The notes under the pieces are model-generated. The model ran no database searches. It was not told where the DNA came from and saw only the letters and a program-made list of their open reading frames with translations. A DNA stretch of 64,000 nt from Bacteroidota bacterium (lineage in GTDB: Bacteria; Bacteroidota; Bacteroidia; AKYH767-A; OLB10): positions 19,969 through 83,968 of the forward strand of contig JADJOZ010000007.1 in the NCBI GenBank assembly GCA_016713525.1. The letters run 5' to 3'. Below are positions 50,643 to 60,778 of the stretch, piece after piece. The translations under genes were made by a program, and so were the position numbers. The stretch's first letter is position 1. Every line of letters begins with the position of its first letter.

Positions 50643-51875
50643 TTATTTTTTAGGGAATTTTGCAAGCACATCTTTAGCAGCATCTTTATGTACTGTAAAT
50701 GACATCATTTTTAATTTGACATAATCCTCATGATAATAATAATAACCTTTACTAACAGGATTATTATGAGCACCACTACCGGAATCTTTAATCAGAAACC
50801 AAGTACCATTTGGTTTATCGACCCAGCCAACCATATGTATACCATGATCATCGGTAGTTGAACCATTTGTAAACCTTAATTGGCGGGCATTTTCATCAAT
50901 ATATGCCGAAGGAACATCATAAGTCGGTACCACAGCAATTCCTTTACTCCCTAAAATTCCTGACTCTGAAACATCGCCACCAATAGCAATAGAAAAACCT
51001 TTCTTTAAAGACGATTTGATAAGCGACATAAAATCATCAAGGGGAACATTATGGTAGTCCGCAGAATTCCACCAATTATCTGGCACGTCATACTCAGCAA
51101 TGGTATAATATTTCGATTGTTTCAATGACATAAAGTCAACATAGTCATCAGGATTTAATTTAAGCACATGAGACATGTATTCTTTGGGAGATAATTTTTT
51201 TCCGTTTACCATCACATGATCCGGAGCTTTACCCATGTGATGATCTAAAATAGAATGAAATGTGGCGATCACTTCCTGTTCATTCCAGGCACCTGCAGCC
51301 TTTACACTTTTCAGATAGTGATCGAGTTCTGCAAATAAAACAGAGTGATCAAGGAATTTTTGACCTACTCGATATCCGGAATAAGAATCATACGGAACTA
51401 TTCCATACATTTTCATCATCCTGGTAACGGCATTCGATTCGGAACCTTCTCCAAAGAAGGAAGCACCCCGCGTTTTAACAAATTCACGCGCCTTTTCAAT
51501 GTATTCCCAATAAACAATATACAATTCGGCTAACCTCACTTCATCACCTGAAAGTCTCTTTACTTCTGCTTCTAAAAATGAAGTAGTTGAGAAACTCCAG
51601 CAGGTGTTGGTCATGCCTTGAGAAACCGGTTTACCTGCCCATACAGTTTGGAACTCATCTGCTGAAACCGGTGCCTGTATGTTACTGAAGTCCATTTTAA
51701 AAACAGGAGGCTTTTCATCAGTTTTTGGAGAATTAAAGAGCTTGATGCTACTCTCAATTTCCTGATAAAATTTATTTTCGGCTTTTATAAATTCACCTTT
51801 ATCACGACGTTCCTGCGCATCGGTGATAACAGGAATTGAAAGCCCGATTATTAATGCAAATGCAATTTTCTTCAT
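50643..51875 (-). CDS. Secreted papain-family (C1) cysteine peptidase, aminopeptidase C/bleomycin-hydrolase-like
   Basis: Signal peptide. SQGMTNTCWSFSTTSFLE is the Q...CWSF active-site Cys motif. His region DHGIHMVGW. It is 410 aa. Confidence 0.65.
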   Translation of the reverse strand: MKKIAFALIIGLSIPVITDAQERRDKGEFIKAENKFYQEIESSIKLFNSPKTDEKPPVFKMDFSNIQAPVSADEFQTVWAGKPVSQGMTNTCWSFSTTSFLEAEVKRLSGDEVRLAELYIVYWEYIEKAREFVKTRGASFFGEGSESNAVTRMMKMYGIVPYDSYSGYRVGQKFLDHSVLFAELDHYLKSVKAAGAWNEQEVIATFHSILDHHMGKAPDHVMVNGKKLSPKEYMSHVLKLNPDDYVDFMSLKQSKYYTIAEYDVPDNWWNSADYHNVPLDDFMSLIKSSLKKGFSIAIGGDVSESGILGSKGIAVVPTYDVPSAYIDENARQLRFTNGSTTDDHGIHMVGWVDKPNGTWFLIKDSGSGAHNNPVSKGYYYYHEDYVKLKMMSFTVHKDAAKDVLAKFPKK

Positions 51876-51952
51876 AGGTGTTCAAATAAATATATAATTG
51901 AAACTTCAAGTTGAAAAAGTATCCTTTTCAACCATTCCGGTACAAAAATAAA

Positions 51953-51983
51953 AAAACCGGACTGTTATGTCCGGTTTTCTTAA
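51953..51983. terminator. Rho-independent terminator (ccggac-tgttat-gtccgg) flanked by A- and T-runs. It serves the minus-strand gene 51999..52289.
   Basis: 6 bp GC-rich stem with T-rich tracts on both sides. Confidence 0.55.
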
Positions 51984-51998
51984 AATTTTATTGATCGC

Positions 51999-52289
51999 TT
52001 AACGGGGATCAACAATTACGTTTACTCCATCATGTTTACCAGAATAAACACGAAGTCTTTCTTTCTTTTCTTCAGGAGCTGCAAATGTACTTTCTGTTCC
52101 CCCGCCTGTTCCGCCTTCAGCACCACTATCAATGGTAACTGTTTCATTATAAGGCTCAGTTGTTGTACCTTCTTCAGTGGTTGGAGCAGGTGTAACAGGT
52201 GGTGCATCACCTTCTTGCGCAAATGCACCCTCACTTAACATTCCCAGCCCTGCAAAGGCAATAATTGCAATCAATTTTGTTGCTTTCAT
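51999..52289 (-). CDS. Small secreted/lipoprotein-like T/G/E-rich hypothetical protein
   Basis: Signal peptide MKATKLIAIIAFAGLGMLSEGAFAQ. Low-complexity PTTEEGTTTEP and GGTGGGTE. It is 96 aa. Confidence 0.4.
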   Translation of the reverse strand: MKATKLIAIIAFAGLGMLSEGAFAQEGDAPPVTPAPTTEEGTTTEPYNETVTIDSGAEGGTGGGTESTFAAPEEKKERLRVYSGKHDGVNVIVDPR

Positions 52290-52580
52290 TTTATAATGTT
52301 GGTTTTATATGATCAAAGATAAGTCAAATTTTTAAGAATGCAAGTCTTTTCAATTAAATTATTACACTTAAACCGGCAAGTCATACAATCACATTTATGT
52401 GTCTGTTCCGGCAATTTTCCAATATTAATTTACGTCTTAGCCAGTAAATGCAGGTGATTCAAGGAGCCGACCCGTTAATACGAAGCATCCTGAAAAAGGT
52501 TACACTACCCTATCATGTAGTTAAATTTCGACATCTTAAAGCGATTAAAATACAAGCCTTTATTAGTTTTGTAGCATCAT

Positions 52581-53261
52581 ATGGTAACACTAAGCAACAT
52601 CAATAAGAGCTATCAGGTAGGGAAGAATAAACTTCACGTTTTGAAAGGTGTAAATATGCACATTCAGCCCGGTGAATTTGTCTCGATCATGGGTTCATCC
52701 GGCTCGGGAAAATCGACTTTACTTAACATTTTAGGGATACTTGATGATTATGATTCGGGCGATTACACATTGGGTGGTACGCTGATAAAGAATCTGAATC
52801 AGGCAAAAGCTGCCCAATACCGAAATCGATTCATTGGTTTCGTCTTTCAATCGTTTAACCTGCTTTCTTTCAAGAATGCATTGGAAAATGTTGCATTACC
52901 ACTTTATTATCAGGGAGTTACCAGAAAAGAACGCAATAAAATAGCGATGGAATACCTCGATCGTGTGGGACTTAAAGACTGGGCTTTACACCTGCCCTCG
53001 GAAATGTCGGGAGGACAGAAACAGCGTGTTGCCATCGCACGGGCACTAATTTCAAAACCTAAAATGATTCTGGCAGATGAGCCAACCGGTGCTCTCGATT
53101 CTGTTACCTCCATGGAAGTAATGAAATTATTTAAGGAAGTTCATAAAGAAGGCATGACCATGATAGTGGTAACACACGAAAATGATATCGCAGCCATGAC
53201 CGACAGAGTTATCAGAATTAAGGACGGCACCATCGAAGTACCTGAAAAGTTAACTGCTTAA
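52581..53261 (+). CDS. ABC transporter ATP-binding protein (MacB/LolD-like)
   Basis: Walker [13 protein letters not shown] signature LSGGQKQR, Walker [12 protein letters not shown]. Confidence 0.85.
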   Translation: MVTLSNINKSYQVGKNKLHVLKGVNMHIQPGEFVSIMGSSGSGKSTLLNILGILDDYDSGDYTLGGTLIKNLNQAKAAQYRNRFIGFVFQSFNLLSFKNALENVALPLYYQGVTRKERNKIAMEYLDRVGLKDWALHLPSEMSGGQKQRVAIARALISKPKMILADEPTGALDSVTSMEVMKLFKEVHKEGMTMIVVTHENDIAAMTDRVIRIKDGTIEVPEKLTA

Positions 53262-53270
53262 TAAAAACGT

Positions 53271-54506
53271 ATGTTCGATCTCGATAAATGGCAGGAAATA
53301 TTCAGTACCATCAGTAAAAATAAACTGAGAACGGTACTTACAGGCTTTAGTGTTGCCTGGGGTATATTCATGCTTATTATATTATTGGGTTCCGGATATG
53401 GCCTTCAAAATGGAGTTGAAAATCAGTTTCGGAGTTCTGCTGTGAACTCCATTTTCGTGAGAGGCGGTTCCACTTCATTGGCATATGGAGGATTTCAACC
53501 GGGCCGCGATATCCAACTTGAAAATGCCGATTATGATCTGGTTAATAACAACGTCCCTCAAATAGATCATATTACTTCCCGTTTTTTTATTCGTGGAGAA
53601 ATCAATGTTTCCTATAAAAATAAGTTCAGCTCGTTTGAAGTGCGTTCGGTTCATCCCGACCATGCCTTCATCGAAAATACTGTTATTCACAAAGGAAGAT
53701 ATATCAATGATTCCGATCTCGAAGAACATAAAAAAGTAGCTTGTATAGGTACATTGGTTGTTGAACAGCTTTTTGCCAAAGATGAAGACCCTTTAGGGAA
53801 ATACATTAAAGTAAATGGCATCGCATTTTTAGTAGTTGGTGTTTTTGAAGATGAGGAAGGGGATTATGAAAACAGAATGGTTTACCTCCCTATTACAACT
53901 GCTCAAAAAGCATTCAATGGTCAGGGCAGAATTCGCCAGATTTTGTTAACTACAGGTGATGCTACTGTGGAAGAATCGAATGAAATTGTTGCCGACATAA
54001 CTTCTATGATTGCCAACAGGCACAAATTCGATAAAAATGATTCCAAAGCACTTTCAATCTGGAATAATTACGAAGAATACAAAAAAGTAATTGGTATGAT
54101 GGGAAACATCCGGATGTTTATCTGGTTCATTGGCATTGGAACAATCATGGCCGGCATCGTTGGTGTTTCTAATATCATGATGATTGTAGTGAAAGAAAGA
54201 ACCAAAGAAATTGGTATCAGAAAAGCATTAGGCGCTACTCCAGCTTCCATAGTAAGTCTTATCATTCAGGAATCTGTTTTTATCACCGCTGTGGCGGGAT
54301 ATCTTGGTTTGGTTGCAGGTGTAGGTTTGCTTGAACTGGTATCAACCTTCGTTCCTAAAAGTGATTTCTTCGATCATCCTGAAGTCAATCTGGGGGTAGC
54401 CATCTCAGCAACCATGGTCCTGGTAGTTTCAGGTGCCATTGCAGGACTGATTCCAGCAAGAAGAGCAGCAAAAATTAATCCGGTAGTTGCTTTACGCGAT
54501 GAATAA
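53271..54506 (+). CDS. ABC transporter permease, FtsX/MacB-like with periplasmic domain
   Basis: N-terminal TM, a large periplasmic domain, and C-terminal FtsX-type 3-TM block (ERTKEIGIRKALGA). Confidence 0.75.
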   Translation: MFDLDKWQEIFSTISKNKLRTVLTGFSVAWGIFMLIILLGSGYGLQNGVENQFRSSAVNSIFVRGGSTSLAYGGFQPGRDIQLENADYDLVNNNVPQIDHITSRFFIRGEINVSYKNKFSSFEVRSVHPDHAFIENTVIHKGRYINDSDLEEHKKVACIGTLVVEQLFAKDEDPLGKYIKVNGIAFLVVGVFEDEEGDYENRMVYLPITTAQKAFNGQGRIRQILLTTGDATVEESNEIVADITSMIANRHKFDKNDSKALSIWNNYEEYKKVIGMMGNIRMFIWFIGIGTIMAGIVGVSNIMMIVVKERTKEIGIRKALGATPASIVSLIIQESVFITAVAGYLGLVAGVGLLELVSTFVPKSDFFDHPEVNLGVAISATMVLVVSGAIAGLIPARRAAKINPVVALRDE

Positions 54507-54526
54507 CATTCCTAAAAATTTATAAC

Positions 54527-55789
54527 ATGTTCGACAGAGATAAATGGCAGGAAATTTATAGTACACTCAGCAAAAATAAGCTGAGAACATTCCTTACAGC
54601 TTTTGGGGTGTTCTGGGGAATCTTCATGCTTATTTTTATGTTAGGCTCTGGTAACGGACTGCAAAATGGAGTTCAAAATGGATTCAAAGACTTTGCAACC
54701 AACAGCATGTTTACCTGGACACAGCGTACCAGCATGCCCTACAAAGGTTTCAAACAAGGCAGAGGTTTCAACTATCACAATGAAGATATCAAAGCTATTA
54801 AAGACAATGTTCCCGAAGCTGATATTGTAGCTCCCAGAAACCAACTGGGGAATTATGGGGGTAATAACAATGTAAACTACGGATTAAAAACCGGTTCTTT
54901 TTCAATTTATGGCGATTACCCTGAGATTTTTAAGATCCAAAGTTATACCATAACTGAAGGTCGGAAAATGAATCAACTCGACCAGCAGGAAAGAAGAAAA
55001 ATCGCAGTTATTGGCTCCCGGGCTAAAGAAGTATTGTTTGGTGCTGATGTTTCTCCCTTAGGGAAGAATATTGAAATAAATGGGGTCTTCTTTCAAGTAG
55101 TTGGCGTTTTTAAGAGTAATCAGTCAAGTGACCGCGGAGAGGAAGATGCAAGCACCATATTTGTTCCCTTCAGCACCTTCCAGAATGCGTTCAACTTTGG
55201 AAATGTGGTAGGCTGGTTTGCTATCACATCTAAGCCCAACATACCTGTTTCAGTTGTCGAAGATAAAGTACTGGCATTGCTGAAAGAAAGACATTCCGTT
55301 CATCCAGATGACAGGCAAGCCATAGGACATTTTAATCTTCAAAAGGAATTCGATAAAATGAACGGACTCTTTATGGGAATTGAATTACTCATCTGGATTG
55401 TTGGAACAGGAACCTTGTTTGCAGGAGTAATTGGAGTAAGCAATATCATGTTGATAATAATTAAAGAACGAACTCAGGAAATAGGAATCAGAAGAGCCAT
55501 TGGTGCTCCCCCATCTGATATCATGAAACAAATTATGATGGAATCAATCGTTCTCACCACTATTGCAGGTTATGCCGGACTGGTGTTGGGAGTTGGTTTA
55601 TTAGAATTAATTTCAGGTGCTATGGCGGGAAGTGGGGATAGCTCAAGCATGTTTATGAATCCGGAAGTTGATTTAAAAGTGGCATTACAGGCTTTGGGAA
55701 TACTAATTGTTTCCGGTGCGCTGGCAGGACTGATTCCTGCATTCCGGGCATTAAAAATAAAACCTATTGACGCTTTAAGAAGTGAATAA
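54527..55789 (+). CDS. Second ABC transporter permease (FtsX/MacB-like), paralog of 53271..54506
   Basis: MFDRDKWQEIYSTLSKNKLRTFLT parallels the upstream MFDLDKWQEIFSTISKNKLRTVLT. ERTQEIGIRRAIGA. Confidence 0.75.
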   Translation: MFDRDKWQEIYSTLSKNKLRTFLTAFGVFWGIFMLIFMLGSGNGLQNGVQNGFKDFATNSMFTWTQRTSMPYKGFKQGRGFNYHNEDIKAIKDNVPEADIVAPRNQLGNYGGNNNVNYGLKTGSFSIYGDYPEIFKIQSYTITEGRKMNQLDQQERRKIAVIGSRAKEVLFGADVSPLGKNIEINGVFFQVVGVFKSNQSSDRGEEDASTIFVPFSTFQNAFNFGNVVGWFAITSKPNIPVSVVEDKVLALLKERHSVHPDDRQAIGHFNLQKEFDKMNGLFMGIELLIWIVGTGTLFAGVIGVSNIMLIIIKERTQEIGIRRAIGAPPSDIMKQIMMESIVLTTIAGYAGLVLGVGLLELISGAMAGSGDSSSMFMNPEVDLKVALQALGILIVSGALAGLIPAFRALKIKPIDALRSE

Positions 55790-55819
55790 TCCAATCTGAA
55801 AAAGCATTTATAAAAATTT

Positions 55820-56932
55820 ATGAAGAAGATCATTAAAATAGTTTTAGGTGTTGCGCTGTTAGGCTTGTTTATCTGGACACTCTATTTCCTTTATCAGAAA
55901 TCGGAAACCAAACCGGTTGTGTATAAAATTGAAAAACCGGAAGTGGCTACAATAATCAAAAAGACTGTCGCCACTGGAGCTGTAGTTCCTAGAAAAGAAA
56001 TTGCTATTAAAGCAAAAGTTTCTGGAATTATAGAAAAAATATTTGTGGAAGCCGGTACTTACATCAAGGAAGGCGAAGTAATTGCACGGGTTAAGATTAT
56101 TCCTGATATGGTTAATCTTAATAACGCTGAAAGTCGTGTGAATCGTGCAAAAATCACTCTCGAAAATATAAAGAAGGAATACAATCGAAGTAAGCAATTG
56201 TTCGATGGTAAAGTGATTCCGGAAAGCGAATATCAGACAGTTCAAACCAATTATGAAACCGCAATCGAAGAACTTGATGCGGCAGAAAATAATCTTGCAC
56301 TGATCAAAGAAGGTTCTAACAAAAAAATGGGAAGCATTACCAATACTATGGTTCGTTCCACCATCACAGGAATGGTGCTTGATGTTCCGGTTAAAGAAGG
56401 GAATTCAGTTATTGAAAGTAATACTTTTAATGAAGGAACCACTATTGCATCGGTAGCCGACATGGGTGAAATGGTTTTCGAAGGAAAAGTAGATGAATCG
56501 GAAGTCGGTAAAATTAAAACCGGAATGGATCTGATATTAAAAATCGGAGCTATTGAAAATAAAGATTTCAAGGCTAAACTGGAGTACATTGCTCCTAAAG
56601 GCATTGAAGAAAACGGAGCTATTCAATTTCAGATTAAAGCTGCAGTGGTTCTGGAAAAAGATCATTTTATAAGAGCCGGTTACAGTGCTAATGCCGATAT
56701 TGTTCTAGATCGTCGTGATTCAGTTTTGGCTGTTAAAGAAAGTCTCTTGACAATCAGTAACGATTCAAGCTTTGTAGAAATTGAAACTTCAGCGCAAGTA
56801 TTCCAAAAGCGACAAGTTAAAACCGGTTTATCTGACGGTATCAATATAGAAATTTTGGAAGGTTTGAAAGCTGATGAGAAATTAAAAGGTTTACCTGAAG
56901 CAGAGGTAAATATGATTAATTCCGATCAATAA
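55820..56932 (+). CDS. Efflux transporter periplasmic adaptor subunit (HlyD/MacA family)
   Basis: N-terminal TM anchor, coiled-coil hairpin, and beta-barrel/lipoyl-like segments. It immediately follows the ABC genes. Confidence 0.75.
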   Translation: MKKIIKIVLGVALLGLFIWTLYFLYQKSETKPVVYKIEKPEVATIIKKTVATGAVVPRKEIAIKAKVSGIIEKIFVEAGTYIKEGEVIARVKIIPDMVNLNNAESRVNRAKITLENIKKEYNRSKQLFDGKVIPESEYQTVQTNYETAIEELDAAENNLALIKEGSNKKMGSITNTMVRSTITGMVLDVPVKEGNSVIESNTFNEGTTIASVADMGEMVFEGKVDESEVGKIKTGMDLILKIGAIENKDFKAKLEYIAPKGIEENGAIQFQIKAAVVLEKDHFIRAGYSANADIVLDRRDSVLAVKESLLTISNDSSFVEIETSAQVFQKRQVKTGLSDGINIEILEGLKADEKLKGLPEAEVNMINSDQ

Positions 56933-58255
56933 TTAAAGTCCTTTAATCCAAGTTGCAATTTTATCTGCAACATCTTTATGCACCGTTCCTCTCTTCAGAT
57001 ATTCTGCGGGAAATGACTTTTGTTTTCCTTCCATAAACAGGTGATTCAATCCCGGAAATGTATAAAAAGTATATTTGGGATCAGATGACAGTGTTGTATA
57101 CCAAAGATTATAATCGGTCATAGTAACCTGATAATCGCGTTCACCCTGTAGAATCAAAGCCGGAGCAGGCAACGATTTCAAAGCGGCAACCTGATCATAA
57201 TCTGAAAGGTATTTCCAGTAATTCGGGCCTGTACCGGGCAATAGATTATTAGCATTTGCAAAATTCTTATTCAGTATTTCAATGCATTTTTGTTCAACTT
57301 CCTGCATCAATGCAGGGGTGATCCTGTTGGTACTGTCATTCTCCATCAGGTATCGAAATTGTTCTTTAATAAGAACCGGCAATGGGCGAGCATTAGCAGC
57401 CATGAGAATAATTCCTTTCAGATGTTGCGAACGAAAAACAATATCGGGAGCCATCATCCCACCAAAACTATGACCCAGAACAAAAATGTTATCAGGATCT
57501 ACACCTTTTAACTGTGAAACACTACCAATAACATTAACGGCATCTTCAACAGTTTCATCAAATGGTGACATGGATTCAATGGCCATCCGAAGTTCATTAT
57601 TATAAGCGGCAGTACGCTTATGATACCTTACACTGGCGATACCGTTTGCTGCAAGCATCATGGCAAGATCTTTGAAAAATTTATTCGGGCCAATAGTCAC
57701 ATCCATATCCAATGGACCACTACCCTGCACGAACACAACCACAGGGAATTTGGTTGCATTTGCTGGAACCGTGAAAGCACCCTTCAGGAAAAATCCTGCA
57801 CTGGGAATGGTTACTTCCTGTTCTAACACGGCTCCTGCAGGAATCCATGAAGGAGGTCGGTAAGTATTTTTTAAACTTGGCGGAACCAGAAAAAAACCAA
57901 CGATCATTCCATTCATGTTAAAGACCATTTTCAGATCAGATGCTTTCTTTTCAAAATCGCACGGATAAAACCAGGTTACTAATGAATCGTTTGATTCAGA
58001 CCATGGCAAACGCATATCCAGCGATTTCATTTTCCCCATTTGCTCTTCAACAGAACCCCACATGTAAGAAAGTTGTCCCGCATCCATTTTTGATTTAAGC
58101 GAGTCATCGAAATAACTGACAGCTTTAATAAAGTCTCCGGTCTTACAACTAACATAAACCTCGTGTGCCAAATCGCCAAAAGGGTTTTGTGCGTACATGG
58201 AAGTATTAGAAATTAAAAACACGAAAATCCCAAAAATGCTTAAAACCGAGATCAT
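56933..58255 (-). CDS. Secreted alpha/beta hydrolase with an N-terminal DUF3887-like domain
   Basis: Signal peptide. VLGHSFGGMMAP nucleophile elbow. It is 440 aa. Confidence 0.6.
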   Translation of the reverse strand: MISVLSIFGIFVFLISNTSMYAQNPFGDLAHEVYVSCKTGDFIKAVSYFDDSLKSKMDAGQLSYMWGSVEEQMGKMKSLDMRLPWSESNDSLVTWFYPCDFEKKASDLKMVFNMNGMIVGFFLVPPSLKNTYRPPSWIPAGAVLEQEVTIPSAGFFLKGAFTVPANATKFPVVVFVQGSGPLDMDVTIGPNKFFKDLAMMLAANGIASVRYHKRTAAYNNELRMAIESMSPFDETVEDAVNVIGSVSQLKGVDPDNIFVLGHSFGGMMAPDIVFRSQHLKGIILMAANARPLPVLIKEQFRYLMENDSTNRITPALMQEVEQKCIEILNKNFANANNLLPGTGPNYWKYLSDYDQVAALKSLPAPALILQGERDYQVTMTDYNLWYTTLSSDPKYTFYTFPGLNHLFMEGKQKSFPAEYLKRGTVHKDVADKIATWIKGL

Positions 58256-58268
58256 TTAAATCAATTCT

Positions 58269-59996
58269 TCATTGTGAAACAAATTCTACTTTGCTAATTT
58301 TGGATTGCTGACCCGAAAGTTCAGAAACAATTAAAAATTGCCAATATAGTTCTTGCTCCTTTTCAAATGAAGCCGGGAATTTTCTGAAAGCGTTTAGGGG
58401 ATTCCATTTATCCTTTCCAAGTGATTTCTCATCGACACCTGTTTTATAGAATACTAAAACATCCTTCATTGATTGATATTTGATATCAAATTCTACTTTT
58501 TTGCTATAGCCCCTATAAACCGGTGTAATATAATGCCAGTAATCTGACTTCTCATTCTTAGTTAAAATAGATAAATCTACATTTGATAATTTAATCAAAC
58601 CACCGGTTTTTAATTGTGGAAATATAACTTCTAAATTTGCAATAGTTTTTTCATCAAAATCATACACCATTGTTTTTGAATCCAAAACTGAACTCGTATA
58701 TTTTAACTTTTTCCACTCAGAAGAGTTTATATCTGATTTGTACTTTAGTATGATTTCCGGTTTTGCAACAGAATCCAATCCTATATATTTCAGAGAAAAC
58801 TTTGAAGCAGAAATTCCCTTTTTAAAATTAAATATAATTGATGCGCTACCTTCAAATGCGTCAGTATATTTCAATTCTACAAATGTATTCAGATTAGCAT
58901 CATACATTTTTGAATAATCATTTTCTACTATCGAAAAATTAGATTTTACATCTTTGATTTCTACAGGAAGTTTGTAAGCGTTCACTGTTGGTTTAATACT
59001 AATAATTTTATTATCAGTTAATTCGAGTGGTACAGAAAAATTATATTTTTCTAATTTTGATCCTGGAGATTCATAATTTTTATTATAACAATACGTACTT
59101 ATTAACATGGAGATATTTTTAAAGTATATATCCTTGGTAGTTTCATACAACATTTTAGCTTCTAAAACCTGCCATTTCATGTATCCATTTGCAACCAACC
59201 TTTTATCACCTCTGTTGTACATCAGCCATGATCCAGTATTATAAAATTGAAATGATTCTTTTAGTGTTTGGATAGCATCATTGTAAGCTAGTTCAGCTGA
59301 TTTATTATGTGGGAACAGTTTGGAATAATCATGCAAAGCCAGTATAGTAAACATAAATCCATTTAGCACCTGTCTCTCTTGTGTGCTATTCGGATATTCT
59401 TCATACCAGACATTTCCCTCTGGAGTAATGCTTAAAGTACCACTTCCTTGTTTTTGAGGAGAAAGCATAAACTTCATCACCATGTGAACGAGAGGTAATA
59501 TGGAATCGTCATTGGTAAGCTCGTAATATCTTATTAAAACACAAATTGCTTCGGATTGAGCCAAGGCTGAATACCATGGGGCTTTAAGATCATGAAAACT
59601 TGTATTATATGGATAACCAACCATGTCGCCATCAACAACATTATAAAAAGTAGAATCTCTTAAAAAATTCACTTGATTTATAAATGCCTTTTTGAGCCGA
59701 TCATTTCCTGTTCTCTTGTATTCATCATAACAATACAATGCATAATGACAACTGTTTACCGGATGTTTTTTACCATTTGTGAGGTGTACTCCTGAAGAAT
59801 CAAAACTTCTGCCGGTATTTTTTGTCCATTGTTCTTCATCAAACAAATCAGAAATACATAATACTCTGTTTATGAAAGAAAAGTCCTTGGTTGGTATATC
59901 ATTTGAGGGTTCATCCTTAATTTGAAAATTAAAGCTGAGAAATAAAAACATTGAAAATAAAAGTAATACAAAACCTTTTGAATAGAATATTTTCAT
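58269..59996 (-). CDS. Secreted hypothetical protein with a possible D-glucuronyl C5-epimerase-like domain plus a C-terminal beta-sandwich
   Basis: Signal/TM N-terminus. The ...APWYSALAQSEAICVLIRYYELTNDDSILP... region resembles the C5-epimerase C-terminal domain. This is a weak assignment. Confidence 0.35.
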   Translation of the reverse strand: MKIFYSKGFVLLLFSMFLFLSFNFQIKDEPSNDIPTKDFSFINRVLCISDLFDEEQWTKNTGRSFDSSGVHLTNGKKHPVNSCHYALYCYDEYKRTGNDRLKKAFINQVNFLRDSTFYNVVDGDMVGYPYNTSFHDLKAPWYSALAQSEAICVLIRYYELTNDDSILPLVHMVMKFMLSPQKQGSGTLSITPEGNVWYEEYPNSTQERQVLNGFMFTILALHDYSKLFPHNKSAELAYNDAIQTLKESFQFYNTGSWLMYNRGDKRLVANGYMKWQVLEAKMLYETTKDIYFKNISMLISTYCYNKNYESPGSKLEKYNFSVPLELTDNKIISIKPTVNAYKLPVEIKDVKSNFSIVENDYSKMYDANLNTFVELKYTDAFEGSASIIFNFKKGISASKFSLKYIGLDSVAKPEIILKYKSDINSSEWKKLKYTSSVLDSKTMVYDFDEKTIANLEVIFPQLKTGGLIKLSNVDLSILTKNEKSDYWHYITPVYRGYSKKVEFDIKYQSMKDVLVFYKTGVDEKSLGKDKWNPLNAFRKFPASFEKEQELYWQFLIVSELSGQQSKISKVEFVSQ

Positions 59997-60112
59997 AAGA
60001 AGCTTCTAAAGTTTAAATTAAGTATATTTTTGGGCTATTGTCTCTAAATCGCTTTATTGAGGATCAAATTTATCAATAATCCGATTCACATTTCTTAGAA
60101 ATTAGCAAATAA

Positions 60113-60676
60113 TTGATTATCAATCACATGAGTTATTGTACTGCAGTTACCTTAATGAAACAAGAAGACCAAAAAGTTCACAAACATTATCATGATAAGT
60201 TATATGGGTATCCCATTTCTGATGATAATGAACTTTTTTGCAGATTAATCCTGGAAATCAATCAAGCTGGATTAAGCTGGTCTACCATATTAAAAAAAGA
60301 GGTCGGATTCAGGAAGGCATATCATAATTTCGATATTAAGAAAGTAGCATCATACAAGGAACGCGATTTCACCCGACTGATGAACGATCCGGAAATTATC
60401 AGGAATCGCTTGAAAATTAATGCCGCAATTGAAAATGCTAAGTCCATACTGATTATCCAAAAACAATTTGGTTCTTTTTTAGATTGGCTCAATCACCATC
60501 ATCCTTTATCAAAAGCAGAATGGGTTGCATTATTCAAGAAAACCTTCAAATTCACAGGCGGCGAAATTGTCAACGAATTTTTAATGAGTACCGGCTACCT
60601 TCCCGGCGCTCATGATGAAGATTGCATAGTGTTCAAGAAAATATTAAAGACTAATCCCAAATGGATGAGGGACTAA
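60113..60676 (+). CDS. tag: DNA-3-methyladenine glycosylase I
   Basis: HYHDKLYGYPISDDNELFCRLILEINQAGLSWSTILKK..., conserved throughout the Tag family. It is 187 aa. Confidence 0.85.
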   Translation: MIINHMSYCTAVTLMKQEDQKVHKHYHDKLYGYPISDDNELFCRLILEINQAGLSWSTILKKEVGFRKAYHNFDIKKVASYKERDFTRLMNDPEIIRNRLKINAAIENAKSILIIQKQFGSFLDWLNHHHPLSKAEWVALFKKTFKFTGGEIVNEFLMSTGYLPGAHDEDCIVFKKILKTNPKWMRD

Positions 60677-60778
60677 TGTACTACTGCTCAGAAGTAAATT
60701 TCGTTACAATGATAGATGATAAATGATAGAGGATAGATTGAATTCTGCTCAGAAACAATTCAGTGCTCGGCTGAAATG

